Below the pieces are notes generated by a model. It ran no database searches. It worked only from the letters and a program-made list of their open reading frames with translations, and was not told where the DNA came from. 64,000 nucleotides of DNA from a bacterium. Lineage in GTDB: Bacteria; Patescibacteriota; Dojkabacteria; JAKAPS01; JAJZLI01. Shown piece after piece: positions 19,135-29,205 of this stretch; position 1 is the first letter of the stretch, and each line of letters begins with the position of its first letter. Where the stretch lies: assembly GCA_021810605.1 (NCBI GenBank), contig JAJZIL010000001.1:67412-131411 (forward strand), given 5' to 3'. The translations under genes and the position numbers were made by a program.

Positions 19135-20277
19135 ATGAGAAATGAAACAGATACTTTTCCAGATTCTAAGGTTAGTAAAGAAGATTCTTTAAGAGATACT
19201 AAAAGTTCTATTCAAACTACATTAAGACATTTCAGAGAATTTAATAATAATGCCCCTACTTTTTCTGTTGAAGGACAAGAGAGACTAGATTCTAAAGAAT
19301 CTAGTGTGACCTATGAGTATAATACACTAATAGATGAAAAAACTGGACAAAAGTATAGAATTGCAATTCTTAATAAAGAAGAATTAGATAAAGGTACTGT
19401 TCCTACTATTTTAACATTACAGTTTAATACTATAGTTGAGCATGGTTCTATGAATTATTTTGCTCAAGAAATTTCTCAAGGAGGCAGACCTGTAATTATT
19501 ATAGAAAGTCCTTCTATTGGTAAGTCATCTGATATGACAAAAGAACAATTTTTTACTTTAAGAAAAGGGGATAACCCATTTTCAGAAATATCAGAGAGCT
19601 TATTAAGAAGTTTAAATCCTATATTAAAGGTTAATAATGGAACAAATAAGCAGATAGATGTAGCAGGATATTCTCAGGGTGCTATTACAGCTTTAAGTAT
19701 TACAGAAGTTGCAAATTCCTTAGGAATAAGTGTGAGAAAAGCTTTCTTGTTAGAGATTCCTGGAGTAAAAGATTTTGCAAAAGAAGGGGGGAATTTTAAA
19801 AAATTTAAATCAAGTGCAAAAATTATGGCAGCATTTATTTCTGAAGGAGCAAATTTATCTTGGTATCAAAATGATCCACATGATAAAAAACAAAGAATTG
19901 TTAGTGGAGTAGAAGTTCCGGAGAATTCAGTAAAGATTTATGGAAGGTTCGTAAAGAATCTAGCAATTAAACCTATTTTTAGAAAAGGAATCTTAACTGC
20001 ATATCCAACTGCTATGGCAAGGAGAGTAGTTCCAAATATATTAAATGCTGCTTTAGAAAAACAGCCTGATATGAAATGTATTTTCTTAAGTGGTTCTGAT
20101 AGTAATATTACCCTTAAGGAAGATATATATGACTCAATAAAACCATATCTTAATACTGGTAGGATAAGACGAATTATTCTTCCTGGAGATACTCATTCAG
20201 TTGGAGAAAGAGCTAAAAGAGTAGGTTCTTTATTTAGAAGAACTATGGATGATACAATCACAAAACTATCAAAATAA
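19135..20277 (+). CDS. Alpha/beta-fold hydrolase
   Basis: GYSQG nucleophile elbow, SGSDSN acid region and C-terminal GDTHS His; long N-terminal extension. Confidence 0.75.
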   Translation: MRNETDTFPDSKVSKEDSLRDTKSSIQTTLRHFREFNNNAPTFSVEGQERLDSKESSVTYEYNTLIDEKTGQKYRIAILNKEELDKGTVPTILTLQFNTIVEHGSMNYFAQEISQGGRPVIIIESPSIGKSSDMTKEQFFTLRKGDNPFSEISESLLRSLNPILKVNNGTNKQIDVAGYSQGAITALSITEVANSLGISVRKAFLLEIPGVKDFAKEGGNFKKFKSSAKIMAAFISEGANLSWYQNDPHDKKQRIVSGVEVPENSVKIYGRFVKNLAIKPIFRKGILTAYPTAMARRVVPNILNAALEKQPDMKCIFLSGSDSNITLKEDIYDSIKPYLNTGRIRRIILPGDTHSVGERAKRVGSLFRRTMDDTITKLSK

Positions 20278-20291
20278 ATTGATATTTAGGG

Positions 20292-20531
20292 TTAATAGCT
20301 AGTAGAGTTTGATGGGGTATTGCTTGAAGGAGTATTATAGGATCCATTATTGTATGTAGGAGTAGCGTTTGTTTTATTAGAATTAGAACTATTATTAGAT
20401 GATCCTGTCCAAACTTGGGACCCACTTACGTGCAGATTTGGATACACTAGAAACCATAAAAACCACCCAACTACAACTCCTATAAGAAAAGATATTAGAA
20501 TAAGAAAAATTTTAGATGATAAAAACTTCAT
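20292..20531 (-). CDS. Small single-pass membrane protein with Ser/Asn-rich tail
   Basis: N-terminal TM followed by low-complexity SNNSSNSN...NTPSSNTPSN. Confidence 0.55.
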   Translation of the reverse strand: MKFLSSKIFLILISFLIGVVVGWFLWFLVYPNLHVSGSQVWTGSSNNSSNSNKTNATPTYNNGSYNTPSSNTPSNSTSY

Positions 20532-20636
20532 ACTTCTATATTTTTATATGTATTTATTAAAATAAAATTAAAACCAAATATATTTTATGGTTTTTTAAGT
20601 TTGTGTATATCTATAAAGAAAGGAGTAAGTATTTTT

Positions 20637-22031
20637 TTATTCCCAATTTCTAGAATCTTTCTTTATAAATTCATCTAAATTACTAGGACCTTTACTTCTA
20701 GGTTCATAAATAATAGGTGAAATATTTTTTATGTCATTTTCTATTTTATCAACTAATCTCCAAGCATTTTCTATCTCATCAGAACGTGTAAAATTAATCT
20801 GATTTCCTAGAATACAGTCTATTAAAAGTTTTTCGTATTCACTTTTTAATTCTCCAAAATAATCAGAATATTTATATAACATATCTATATCTGATAATAT
20901 ATAATCTGACACAGAGGGGATTTTTCCTAGAAGATTTAATTCAATTCCTAAATCAGGTTGTATTAGAAATTTTAATATATTAGGTTTATTAGATCCTTTA
21001 AAAAGTCTAGATCCATTTTTTTTAAAAATTACTGATATTTCAGTCCTTTTTTCATTTAAATATTTTCCTGTTTGTACATATATTGGTATACTACTCCATC
21101 TATCATTTTGGATTTTTAATTTTAGGGCAATAAAAGTCTCTCTTTTTGATTCTGAAGAGACATTATTCTCTTCCTTATATCCTTTGTACTGTGCTTTTAG
21201 AGAAGATTCATAAATTATAGATTTTAATATATTATTTTTTTCTTCTCTTATATATTCCTCTTTAAACTCATGAGGTTTTTCCATTGTAAGGATAGAGAGA
21301 ATTTGTAGTATATGATTTTGGAAGACATCAATAAGTGCTCCATTTGCATCATAAAAGGCTCCTCTATCTTCAACACCCATATCTTCTAATACCTTAATCT
21401 GTATATTATCTATATAATCCTTATTCCATATATTTTCGAATATATTATTTGCAAACCTAAATGAAAATATATTCTGTACAGGTTCTTTTCCTAAATAATG
21501 GTCGATTCTGAATATTTGTTTTTCACTAAATCCAGAGAGTATAGTTTTGTTAAGTTCGATAGAACTTTCAAGGTTATGTCCAAAAGGTTTTTCTAATATT
21601 ATTCTTGTGAAAGTTGAATGTTCTTTACATGGTATATTAAGTCCTGTATCTATAAGAGAAGATATAGTTTCATTATATATTGCAGGTGGAAGTGCTAGAT
21701 AAAATATTCTTGAGTTACAGACTTTATCAAGCTCTACTTTTAACCTTATTAATTCACTCTTTTTAGTAAAATCACATTTAAAATATTTAATCCTATTATA
21801 AAAATCATCTCTTTCTTTTTTTTGCGGAATAGTATCATTAAATCTTGATGTAAAGTCACTATTACTACTATCAATTCTGCCAAGAGCAATTATATTAAAT
21901 TTATCTTTAAACGAGGAATCTGTATATAAATTATATAAAGATGGAAATAATTTTCTGTGTGCTAGATCTCCTGTTGCTCCAAAAATTACAATATCAATAC
22001 TTTTTTCAAAAATTTCTTTATTAAATTCCAT
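20637..22031 (-). CDS. zwf: Glucose-6-phosphate 1-dehydrogenase
   Basis: FGATGDLA, EKPFG, RIDHYLGKE and DVFQNH motifs; start set to MEFNK just after the pgi stop. Confidence 0.97.
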   Translation of the reverse strand: MEFNKEIFEKSIDIVIFGATGDLAHRKLFPSLYNLYTDSSFKDKFNIIALGRIDSSNSDFTSRFNDTIPQKKERDDFYNRIKYFKCDFTKKSELIRLKVELDKVCNSRIFYLALPPAIYNETISSLIDTGLNIPCKEHSTFTRIILEKPFGHNLESSIELNKTILSGFSEKQIFRIDHYLGKEPVQNIFSFRFANNIFENIWNKDYIDNIQIKVLEDMGVEDRGAFYDANGALIDVFQNHILQILSILTMEKPHEFKEEYIREEKNNILKSIIYESSLKAQYKGYKEENNVSSESKRETFIALKLKIQNDRWSSIPIYVQTGKYLNEKRTEISVIFKKNGSRLFKGSNKPNILKFLIQPDLGIELNLLGKIPSVSDYILSDIDMLYKYSDYFGELKSEYEKLLIDCILGNQINFTRSDEIENAWRLVDKIENDIKNISPIIYEPRSKGPSNLDEFIKKDSRNWE

Positions 22032-22035
22032 AAAT

Positions 22036-23334
22036 TTATGTATATTTACTAAGTTTCTCTTTCTCCTTTTCAAATCCTGGTTTTGATAGCAAGGCATACA
22101 TATATTCTTTTCCTTTTTCTACTCCAGGTTGATTAAATGTATTTATATTGAACATAACTCCAAGATAGGATACAGCCATTTCAAAAAAGAAAAATAGTTC
22201 TCCCAAGCTATTTTCATTGATCCTATCTATAAAAATAGTCCCATTAGTTCTACTATTTTCCATTAAAGATATACTAGTAGCTAATCTTTCTTTTTTGATA
22301 ATGTCTTCAAAAGATACATTATCAAGGTATGATACCTCAGATAAATTTGTTTTAATTTTTATATTACTATCAAAATGATCAGGAATGATAAATGTTATTA
22401 CTTTATCATTAGGCCCTTCATTATATAACTGTATCTGAGAGTGCTGATCAGTTGATCCTAAAGAAGCAATTGGAGTTATTCCTGCATAGATTTCTTTATT
22501 ATCTAATGAGAGTTTTTTCCCTAGACTTTCAGCCCAAAGTTGTCTATACCAAAATCCAAATCTTTCTAACCTTTTAGAATAAGGCATAAGTACAGAAATA
22601 TTTTTTTTCATTTTACTGAAATAAAGATATTGTAGTTGAGAAAATGCTAATGCATCATTATATTCAGGATCTAGACTATTAGTTTGCTCATCAATTTCTT
22701 GAGCTCCCTTTATCATATTATCTATATTAAGTCCCATTATATCTACAGTAAGAAGTCCAATTATAGAAAGTACTGAAAACCTATCTCCTACATTACTAAT
22801 TCCTTCTATTATCTGAATATTGTATTCAGAAGCGAGATCTCTTATAGTACTTTTTGGCTCTGAGGTAGTTATTATTATATGATCTTCAACTTTATCTCTT
22901 CCCATTTGTTTTTCAATTTGAGATTCTATATAAAGGAAATTTGCTATAATCTCAATTGTTTCTCCTGATTTAGATATTATATTAAAAACACTATCTTCTA
23001 GAGAAATATTATTAAAAAAAGAATCTAATTCGTCAGGATCAGTATTAGATCCTATAAAAAGAATGTTAACCCCACTTTTATTTTCAAGTGCATTAACTAT
23101 TGTTCTAGATCCCAAGTCAGATCCTCCAATACCCACAATTACATAATTTTTATATTTCTTTCGAATTTCTTCTCCTATACTTTTAATTTCTTCTACATTA
23201 GAGTAAATGAGGTTTCTAAAAGTAAGTTTATCTTTATTAATACTTTCTCTTTCTAGTTTAAAAAAATCTCCTTTTGATAAAGAGAGATCTTTTATTTGAG
23301 GGGACAACATGTTTGTATAATCGTATCTTAACAT
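22036..23334 (-). CDS. pgi: Glucose-6-phosphate isomerase
   Basis: GIGGSDLG, ISKSGET, QLWAESLGK, DQHS and FNQPGVEKGK motifs. Confidence 0.97.
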   Translation of the reverse strand: MLRYDYTNMLSPQIKDLSLSKGDFFKLERESINKDKLTFRNLIYSNVEEIKSIGEEIRKKYKNYVIVGIGGSDLGSRTIVNALENKSGVNILFIGSNTDPDELDSFFNNISLEDSVFNIISKSGETIEIIANFLYIESQIEKQMGRDKVEDHIIITTSEPKSTIRDLASEYNIQIIEGISNVGDRFSVLSIIGLLTVDIMGLNIDNMIKGAQEIDEQTNSLDPEYNDALAFSQLQYLYFSKMKKNISVLMPYSKRLERFGFWYRQLWAESLGKKLSLDNKEIYAGITPIASLGSTDQHSQIQLYNEGPNDKVITFIIPDHFDSNIKIKTNLSEVSYLDNVSFEDIIKKERLATSISLMENSRTNGTIFIDRINENSLGELFFFFEMAVSYLGVMFNINTFNQPGVEKGKEYMYALLSKPGFEKEKEKLSKYT

Positions 23335-23751
23335 CTCAATTTATCTAAATTTAACTAAATAATTATAGAGTTTTCACCTATTTTTATCAATATGAATTAT
23401 TGTAAGTAATATTAATATAATTAATTTTTATGAAAGAAACATTAGATGAGAATAGAGTAGTTATAGAATGTTGTTTTTCTTATGATACTTTACTTTTAAG
23501 GTGTAAAAAATTTTTTGAATGAATATTTAATATAGATAGATACAATAAATATAATTTAGAATAAAGATATCTTTTAAATAATATAAGTTGCATAAATAAA
23601 AAAAGATTTAGATAAATTATATAAATTTTTATCAATAATCTAATTTAACCTACTTTAATAAATAAGGTTTTAATTTTTAATCTAAAAATTATATTTTATT
23701 TGAAGATATTATATTTATAAGGTATAATAAGTTTTATCATTTTTAATAGTT

Positions 23752-23934
23752 ATGAAAAGAACTTATCAGCCAAAAAAATTAAAAGCACTAAAAAAGTTAG
23801 GATATCTAAAAAGAAGTGCTTCTCATGGAGGAAGAAATGTACTTAAAAGGAGAAGACTTAAAGGAAGAGAAGTGCTAACAATTTCAGATATTTTTAGAAA
23901 AATAGGAAAAAAACCTAGAAATAGGGTAAGATAG
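23752..23934 (+). CDS. rpmH: 50S ribosomal protein L34
   Basis: MKRTYQPK...[13 protein letters not shown]; precedes rnpA. Confidence 0.95.
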   Translation: MKRTYQPKKLKALKKLGYLKRSASHGGRNVLKRRRLKGREVLTISDIFRKIGKKPRNRVR

Positions 23935-23938
23935 TAGT

Positions 23939-24277
23939 ATGTTACCTTCTAAAAATAGGCTTAGATCAGGATACCTAAAGATTTATAAAGACAAGAAAAG
24001 TGTTTCTAATAAATACTTTCTTCTATTCTACAAAGAGAACAATACCAATTATTCAAAATTTGGATTTGTGATAAGAAAGAAGGTTGGAAAAGCTTTTTTT
24101 AGAAATAAGATAAAGAGACGGTTTAGATTTGCTATAAGAGAGAATTTAGAAAATATATCTCCTGGGTTTGATTTTATATTTTTAATAAATCATAATTTTA
24201 CTGATTGGGAACAAGTTTCTTTTGAGGAAATAAAAAATAATATATTTGAAACTTTAAAAAGTATAAATAAAATATGA
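23939..24277 (+). CDS. rnpA: RNase P protein component
   Basis: MLPSKNRL and FGFVIRKKVGKAFFRNKIKRR (RNR-motif variant). Confidence 0.95.
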   Translation: MLPSKNRLRSGYLKIYKDKKSVSNKYFLLFYKENNTNYSKFGFVIRKKVGKAFFRNKIKRRFRFAIRENLENISPGFDFIFLINHNFTDWEQVSFEEIKNNIFETLKSINKI

Positions 24278-25125
24278 ATATTTTTAGTGCTATTGGTGGA
24301 TTTTTTGTTTTGATATGGAATACCTTTTTATTTAATCCAATTATAAATATATTTGTATTCTTTTATAAAATTTCTTTTTCTAATCTTGGTTTAGCTATAG
24401 TGATTATTACTATTCTTTTAAGATTATTACTCTGGCCTTTGCTAAAATCTCAACTTAGTACAACTAAAAACATGCAGAGTGTTCAACCTAGACTTGCAGA
24501 GATTCAGAAAAAATATAGTAAAGATCTAGTAAAACTTAGAGAGGAACAAATGAAAATATTTAAAGAGGAAGGAGTGAATCCTTTAGGTAGTTGTTTTTCA
24601 CTCTTAATTCAGTTACCAATTTTATGGGGGGTTTATGAAGCTATTCTAGTAATGTCTCAACATAAAGCTCAATATCTAAATAAACTTGTATATTTTTCTT
24701 TTCTACACTATCCAGCTAATTATCATTATAATTTAAATTTTCTAAATATAAATGTTGGAAAAGATGCTATTACAGTAGGATTTTTTAGTGTAGCTGCAAT
24801 AAGTTATATAATATTATCTTTATTAGTTGCTTATTCTCAGTATTTAGTATCGAAGGTATCTTTACCTAATATGAAAAGTGAGATAGCAGAAGAAAAAACA
24901 GCATTAGAATTAAAAGATAAATCAAAAGGAGATGATAAGGCTTTGAATATTGATCCAAATGCTTTTAGTGGTATGATCTCAAAACAACTTTTGTATCTTA
25001 TGCCAGCACTTCTTTTGATTATATCATTAGGAATACTGGGCCCTATCCCTGCTGCATTATCAATTTATTGGGCTGTACAGTCATTTGTGATATATGCTCA
25101 AACAAAATTCTTTTTCAGAAAATAA
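24274..25125 (+). CDS. yidC: Membrane protein insertase YidC
   Basis: LGLAIVIITILLRLLLWPL, GVNPLGSC..LIQLPIL and ALSIYW motifs. Confidence 0.95.
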   Translation: MNIFSAIGGFFVLIWNTFLFNPIINIFVFFYKISFSNLGLAIVIITILLRLLLWPLLKSQLSTTKNMQSVQPRLAEIQKKYSKDLVKLREEQMKIFKEEGVNPLGSCFSLLIQLPILWGVYEAILVMSQHKAQYLNKLVYFSFLHYPANYHYNLNFLNINVGKDAITVGFFSVAAISYIILSLLVAYSQYLVSKVSLPNMKSEIAEEKTALELKDKSKGDDKALNIDPNAFSGMISKQLLYLMPALLLIISLGILGPIPAALSIYWAVQSFVIYAQTKFFFRK

Positions 25126-25274
25126 TTATTTTATAAAAATATCTTTTTTGATAAATTACATACAGGAATAGGCTAATGAGAAAAATATTATTGATTGAGA
25201 AGCCTTCTTAAATCTCTAATTTAAGAGAATTTTCTATTAGATTTAAACTATTCTTGTCTTTCTTTTTCACAAAT

Positions 25275-26009
25275 CTAAGAATAGGACTGTTCTTTAGAAC
25301 GTCTATAAAGTTCTACCCAATCATTAAAAGTTAAATTTTGGGCTCTTTTCTCTTTAAATTTGCCTAAATAATCACCTTTAATAACATTTCCTAATTTTTT
25401 CCTTGGAGATGAAAATCCGATATTTACATAACTCTCTAATTCTTTTTGTTCTTTGTCAAAATTATAGATGTTTTTTATATATATAATTTGTGAATCTACC
25501 TTAGGTACAGGTATAAAATTTTCTTTTTTTATAATATCTCCTTTTTCTATATCTTTTGCATAAATTTTAAGTGTATTGAATAATTTTTCTCCTTCAGTTG
25601 TATATTTTTGTGCTACTTCTTTTTGAAGTATGACATATATATTTTTTGCTCTAATACTCCCTTTTAAAAATAAAGAAATTATATCTTTTGATATATAATA
25701 TGGAAGTGCAGAAACAAGTGAGAATTTAGTGTAAGGAATACTAGATAAGTCATATTTTAAAATATCTTCTAATATAACTGATGTTTTTGGAAATTTTTCA
25801 TTCAGTATTGGTATGAAGCGTATGTCTTTCTCTATACAGAGAATATTTTTAGTTTTAGTTATGAGTTTTTCAGTTATTGCTCCATTTCCAGGACCAATTT
25901 CAATAATAGATTCATCTTTATTAACATACTGTATTAATTTTTCAGCATAATTCCCTTTTATTAGAAAATTTTGACCTAATGATTTATCGAGTTTAATCTT
26001 AGAGTACAT
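25275..26009 (-). CDS. rsmA: 16S rRNA dimethyladenosine transferase
   Basis: LGQNFL, EIGPGNG, LPYYIS, QKEVA and FIPVPKVDS motifs. Confidence 0.95.
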   Translation of the reverse strand: MYSKIKLDKSLGQNFLIKGNYAEKLIQYVNKDESIIEIGPGNGAITEKLITKTKNILCIEKDIRFIPILNEKFPKTSVILEDILKYDLSSIPYTKFSLVSALPYYISKDIISLFLKGSIRAKNIYVILQKEVAQKYTTEGEKLFNTLKIYAKDIEKGDIIKKENFIPVPKVDSQIIYIKNIYNFDKEQKELESYVNIGFSSPRKKLGNVIKGDYLGKFKEKRAQNLTFNDWVELYRRSKEQSYS

Positions 26010-26274
26010 TTTTTAAATTGATCTGAGGTACTAAACTTGTATTAGAGTAAATGTACTTTTTTGATATCTGGTTATATAGTTTTTCATAACCTTTTATATT
26101 TACATATGTTATTGGTGGAACTGTATTTAGAGTATTGTTTGAAGATATTGCAAAAAGATTAATTATTATAATATTAATTATTAAAATTATTATAACAATA
26201 ACTATCTCTATGATCTCAATAGGATGTTTTGAAAATATATTACTCTTTTTTAATTTATTCTTTTTTGTCTTCAT
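25999..26274 (-). CDS. Single-TM hypothetical protein in the pilMNO operon
   Basis: Basic N-terminus plus TM; overlaps the pilO-like stop and the rsmA start. Confidence 0.6.
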   Translation of the reverse strand: MKTKKNKLKKSNIFSKHPIEIIEIVIVIIILIINIIIINLFAISSNNTLNTVPPITYVNIKGYEKLYNQISKKYIYSNTSLVPQINLKNVL

Positions 26275-26834
26275 TGTATATATAGGTCTAGTGTAATAGA
26301 TGTATTTACTAAATTACTAACTCCGCCTTTTTGAGAAGTCATATTAATCATTATTATGTTTGAAAAATAATAGGAATTTTCTAACATTCGGATATATTCA
26401 GTTGTTCCTTGGAATGTTCCTGTTATATTTAAACTTACTGATAATGTTTTTCCAGCAGAAGTTGGTGTTGCAGAAGTTCCGGATCCTAGTTCTATTGATT
26501 GACTTGATACTGTTGCAGATCCAAATGCTATTTGAGCACTTACTCCTGTGATCTGTGCTATTATATTTTCTTGATTAACCCAATTACTTATTGAATTTTG
26601 AGAGATTAGAGTATTATATAGAAAATTTACTTTTTGGGCATATTGTTGTTTTTGATAAAGTAATGTTTGTTCTTCTAAATCTTTTTGTTTTATTGTAGAT
26701 AAAGTTACATTCAAAGATCTTTTACTGGTTCTAGTTTGAATGTATATATTATAGCTAAGGTATAAAGCATAGATTATTACTATTGATATAAGAAGATATA
26801 TTATATATTTTTTATATTCTTTATTTACTTTCAT
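26271..26834 (-). CDS. PilO-like alignment protein
   Basis: TM, coiled coil and LNITGTFQGTTEYIRMLEN ferredoxin-like core; follows pilMN. Confidence 0.75.
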   Translation of the reverse strand: MKVNKEYKKYIIYLLISIVIIYALYLSYNIYIQTRTSKRSLNVTLSTIKQKDLEEQTLLYQKQQYAQKVNFLYNTLISQNSISNWVNQENIIAQITGVSAQIAFGSATVSSQSIELGSGTSATPTSAGKTLSVSLNITGTFQGTTEYIRMLENSYYFSNIIMINMTSQKGGVSNLVNTSITLDLYIQ

Positions 26835-28419
26835 TATAGTTAAAAATCATTGTAAATCCAGGATTTATTGTACTCTCAAAATTAGATATTGGCATATTTA
26901 GTTTTGAAAAGTCAGTTTGCAAATTGATATTATTTTCTAGTTGTGTAATCTGAGTTTGGTTTTGAGCTTCTCCCTGTATTTTAATTTGCCAAATTGCTTG
27001 AGACCCTTTACCTACATTTGTTATATCAAGATTATTTAAAAAGACTCCATTAGGGACTAGATTAGAAATTTGAGATATTACATAAGACCAATGATACTGT
27101 GTTGTATAAGTTTGTGTTAATGTTGTAATTTGAGTATTCATATTATTAATTGAGCTAGATACACCTTTATATTTAGGATTTTTTATCTGCATTTGATAGT
27201 AATTAATCTGAGTATTTATACCTTTTATATCGATATTATCTATAAATGTTAGAAATACAAAGATTAAAGAAAGTAATACTAAGTTAAGAAGTAAAAATTT
27301 TAAGGCAGAAAATCCAAATTTAAGAAAATATGCTTGTATTGTTTTACTTTTTTGCTTTTTTGGGAGAAGATTTATGTATGTAGATGATGGAACTTTGTTT
27401 AAAAGTTCCAATCCTATTATAGGTACATAAGGAGATATTTGTTCATGCTTCTCCCATTGCAGAATTGGATAAACCTTTATATTTATCTTTGCTTTTTCTA
27501 CGACAACTTTGGTCATTTCTTGAATTCTCTCTATAACTCCATCTAAAGAGGCTGTCTCTCCATATATATATACTTTTTTGATTTTTTCTTCTCCATAGAA
27601 ATTAAGAGCTTTTTTCAATTCTTGATCAACTTGTAGAAATAAGTTCTCTATATGTTTTGCAAACTCATCATCTTTTGTTTTTATACCATTTTTTTCTAAA
27701 TATTCATTAATTTTCTCATCATTTAGTTTAAGATATTCTCCTGTAGTTTTAACTATTTGATTCAATCCAAAGTAGAATGAAGTAGAAAACTGTATAGCAT
27801 CTTTTTTATTAATTGCTATATTTGTAACACTCTTTCCCATATCTAATAGAAGATACTCTTCATCTTCTTTATTAAGAGTTATTGCTCTAAGTGCTGATTG
27901 AGCCCTTCCTTCAAAGAGTAGAGGAGTTATTCTTACAAGCTTTAAAGTGTCTATAAATGAATCTGCACTTTCTTTTGATACTGCAGTTACTATAACTTCA
28001 TAATTGTCATCATCTTCAGATAGAACATCATATGTCCAATAGATATCATCTTCCTTCATTGGAATTAAAGTAGATAACTGAAATTGTATTGCTTTTTCTA
28101 TTTTATTAATTTCTACTTTTGGAATTTTTACAATTTGAGAATATATCTGATCATCAGGGATTATTACAACTGCAAAACGTGTTTTTATTTTTTTTGGATT
28201 TTTTTTAGATAGTATTATATTGAGTTTTTCTATTACTGCATTAGGTTGTCTTATTATTCCTGCAATAAAAGTTGAAGCAGGGAGTTCTTCCTCTCCTATA
28301 TTTGTTAATGTGTAATGGTCTTTCTTTTTTTCAAATTCAACAACTTTTAATGATCCTGAAGATATGTCTATTGCAAATACCTTTTCTCGCCTTATTATAT
28401 CTTTGAGCAGATTTTCCAT
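26821..28419 (-). CDS. pilM: PilM-PilN fusion protein
   Basis: AIDISSGSLKVVE and LLDMGKSVT (actin-like PilM), then INLLP, a TM and LVPNGVFLNNL..IQGEA (PilN). Confidence 0.88.
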   Translation of the reverse strand: MENLLKDIIRREKVFAIDISSGSLKVVEFEKKKDHYTLTNIGEEELPASTFIAGIIRQPNAVIEKLNIILSKKNPKKIKTRFAVVIIPDDQIYSQIVKIPKVEINKIEKAIQFQLSTLIPMKEDDIYWTYDVLSEDDDNYEVIVTAVSKESADSFIDTLKLVRITPLLFEGRAQSALRAITLNKEDEEYLLLDMGKSVTNIAINKKDAIQFSTSFYFGLNQIVKTTGEYLKLNDEKINEYLEKNGIKTKDDEFAKHIENLFLQVDQELKKALNFYGEEKIKKVYIYGETASLDGVIERIQEMTKVVVEKAKINIKVYPILQWEKHEQISPYVPIIGLELLNKVPSSTYINLLPKKQKSKTIQAYFLKFGFSALKFLLLNLVLLSLIFVFLTFIDNIDIKGINTQINYYQMQIKNPKYKGVSSSINNMNTQITTLTQTYTTQYHWSYVISQISNLVPNGVFLNNLDITNVGKGSQAIWQIKIQGEAQNQTQITQLENNINLQTDFSKLNMPISNFESTINPGFTMIFNYNESK

Positions 28420-28719
28420 AAATTCATATTACATTATTTTTACATTTTAGTTAATGCCTGTATGCATTACATGTACCTATACCAAAAATAGTCTGTAAAA
28501 GAATATAATCTGATTAATACAGAATATACAATATCATATATATTAGTAGATCACATTATCTTCCTATTTCTAATGAATTAGTGTTTCTTTAATTTATATA
28601 AATGTATTAATAGGTTAAAATAGAAGTAATATTTTTTTGGAAGAGCAAAGTCATATAAATACTTATAAAATAGCTTAGGTATATAATTTAGGAAGTACAA
28701 AAGGTATAAATAGAGGATT

Positions 28720-29199
28720 AGATTATATAACAATTGCTTTATATAATGGCAACTAAATTAGTATAATACTAATCAGGGATGTGATTATTTATTTAAAATA
28801 AATGAAGGTATTGGTGCTATAGTTTGGACATTTAATGAGGAGTATGGAAAAATTAAGTTTCCAAATGGAGCTCAGATGGAAGGAAACAGTTCCTACTATT
28901 ACTAAAAATAATGTATATATTGGATCTACTAGTGTCAAAAGATATTTGATGTATCTGTTTCTACTGGAAAAATCTAGTCTCAGAATGCTGTAGGTCTAAA
29001 TAATAAGCCATTTGTTATATTAGATAGTAATTTGTATTATGATAATGGGTTGGGGAATATCCTTGTATATAATAGACATACAGGAAAGTATCTTGCTGAA
29101 AGAACTACTGGAGGGGAAGTTGCAGTGAGTGGTTTGACCTATTCTAATGGTTTCTTTTATGTAGATAATACTGCTGGAAGATTTTTTATTTTTAAATAG
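28720..29199 (+). pseudogene. Decayed PQQ-like/BamB-type beta-propeller gene
   Basis: Frameshifted pieces YLFKINEGIGAIVWTF, PTITKNNVYIGS and IFDVSVSTGKI*SQ...GNILVYNRHTGKYL...LTYSNGFFYVDNTAGRFFIFK*; 5' limit approximate. Confidence 0.7.
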
Positions 29200-29205
29200 A
29201 CTACA

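Noticed and set aside
23335-23751. Long pgi-rpmH intergenic region as ncRNA, CRISPR array or relic origin
   Set aside because: No repeats, GC-rich stems or convincing DnaA boxes were found.
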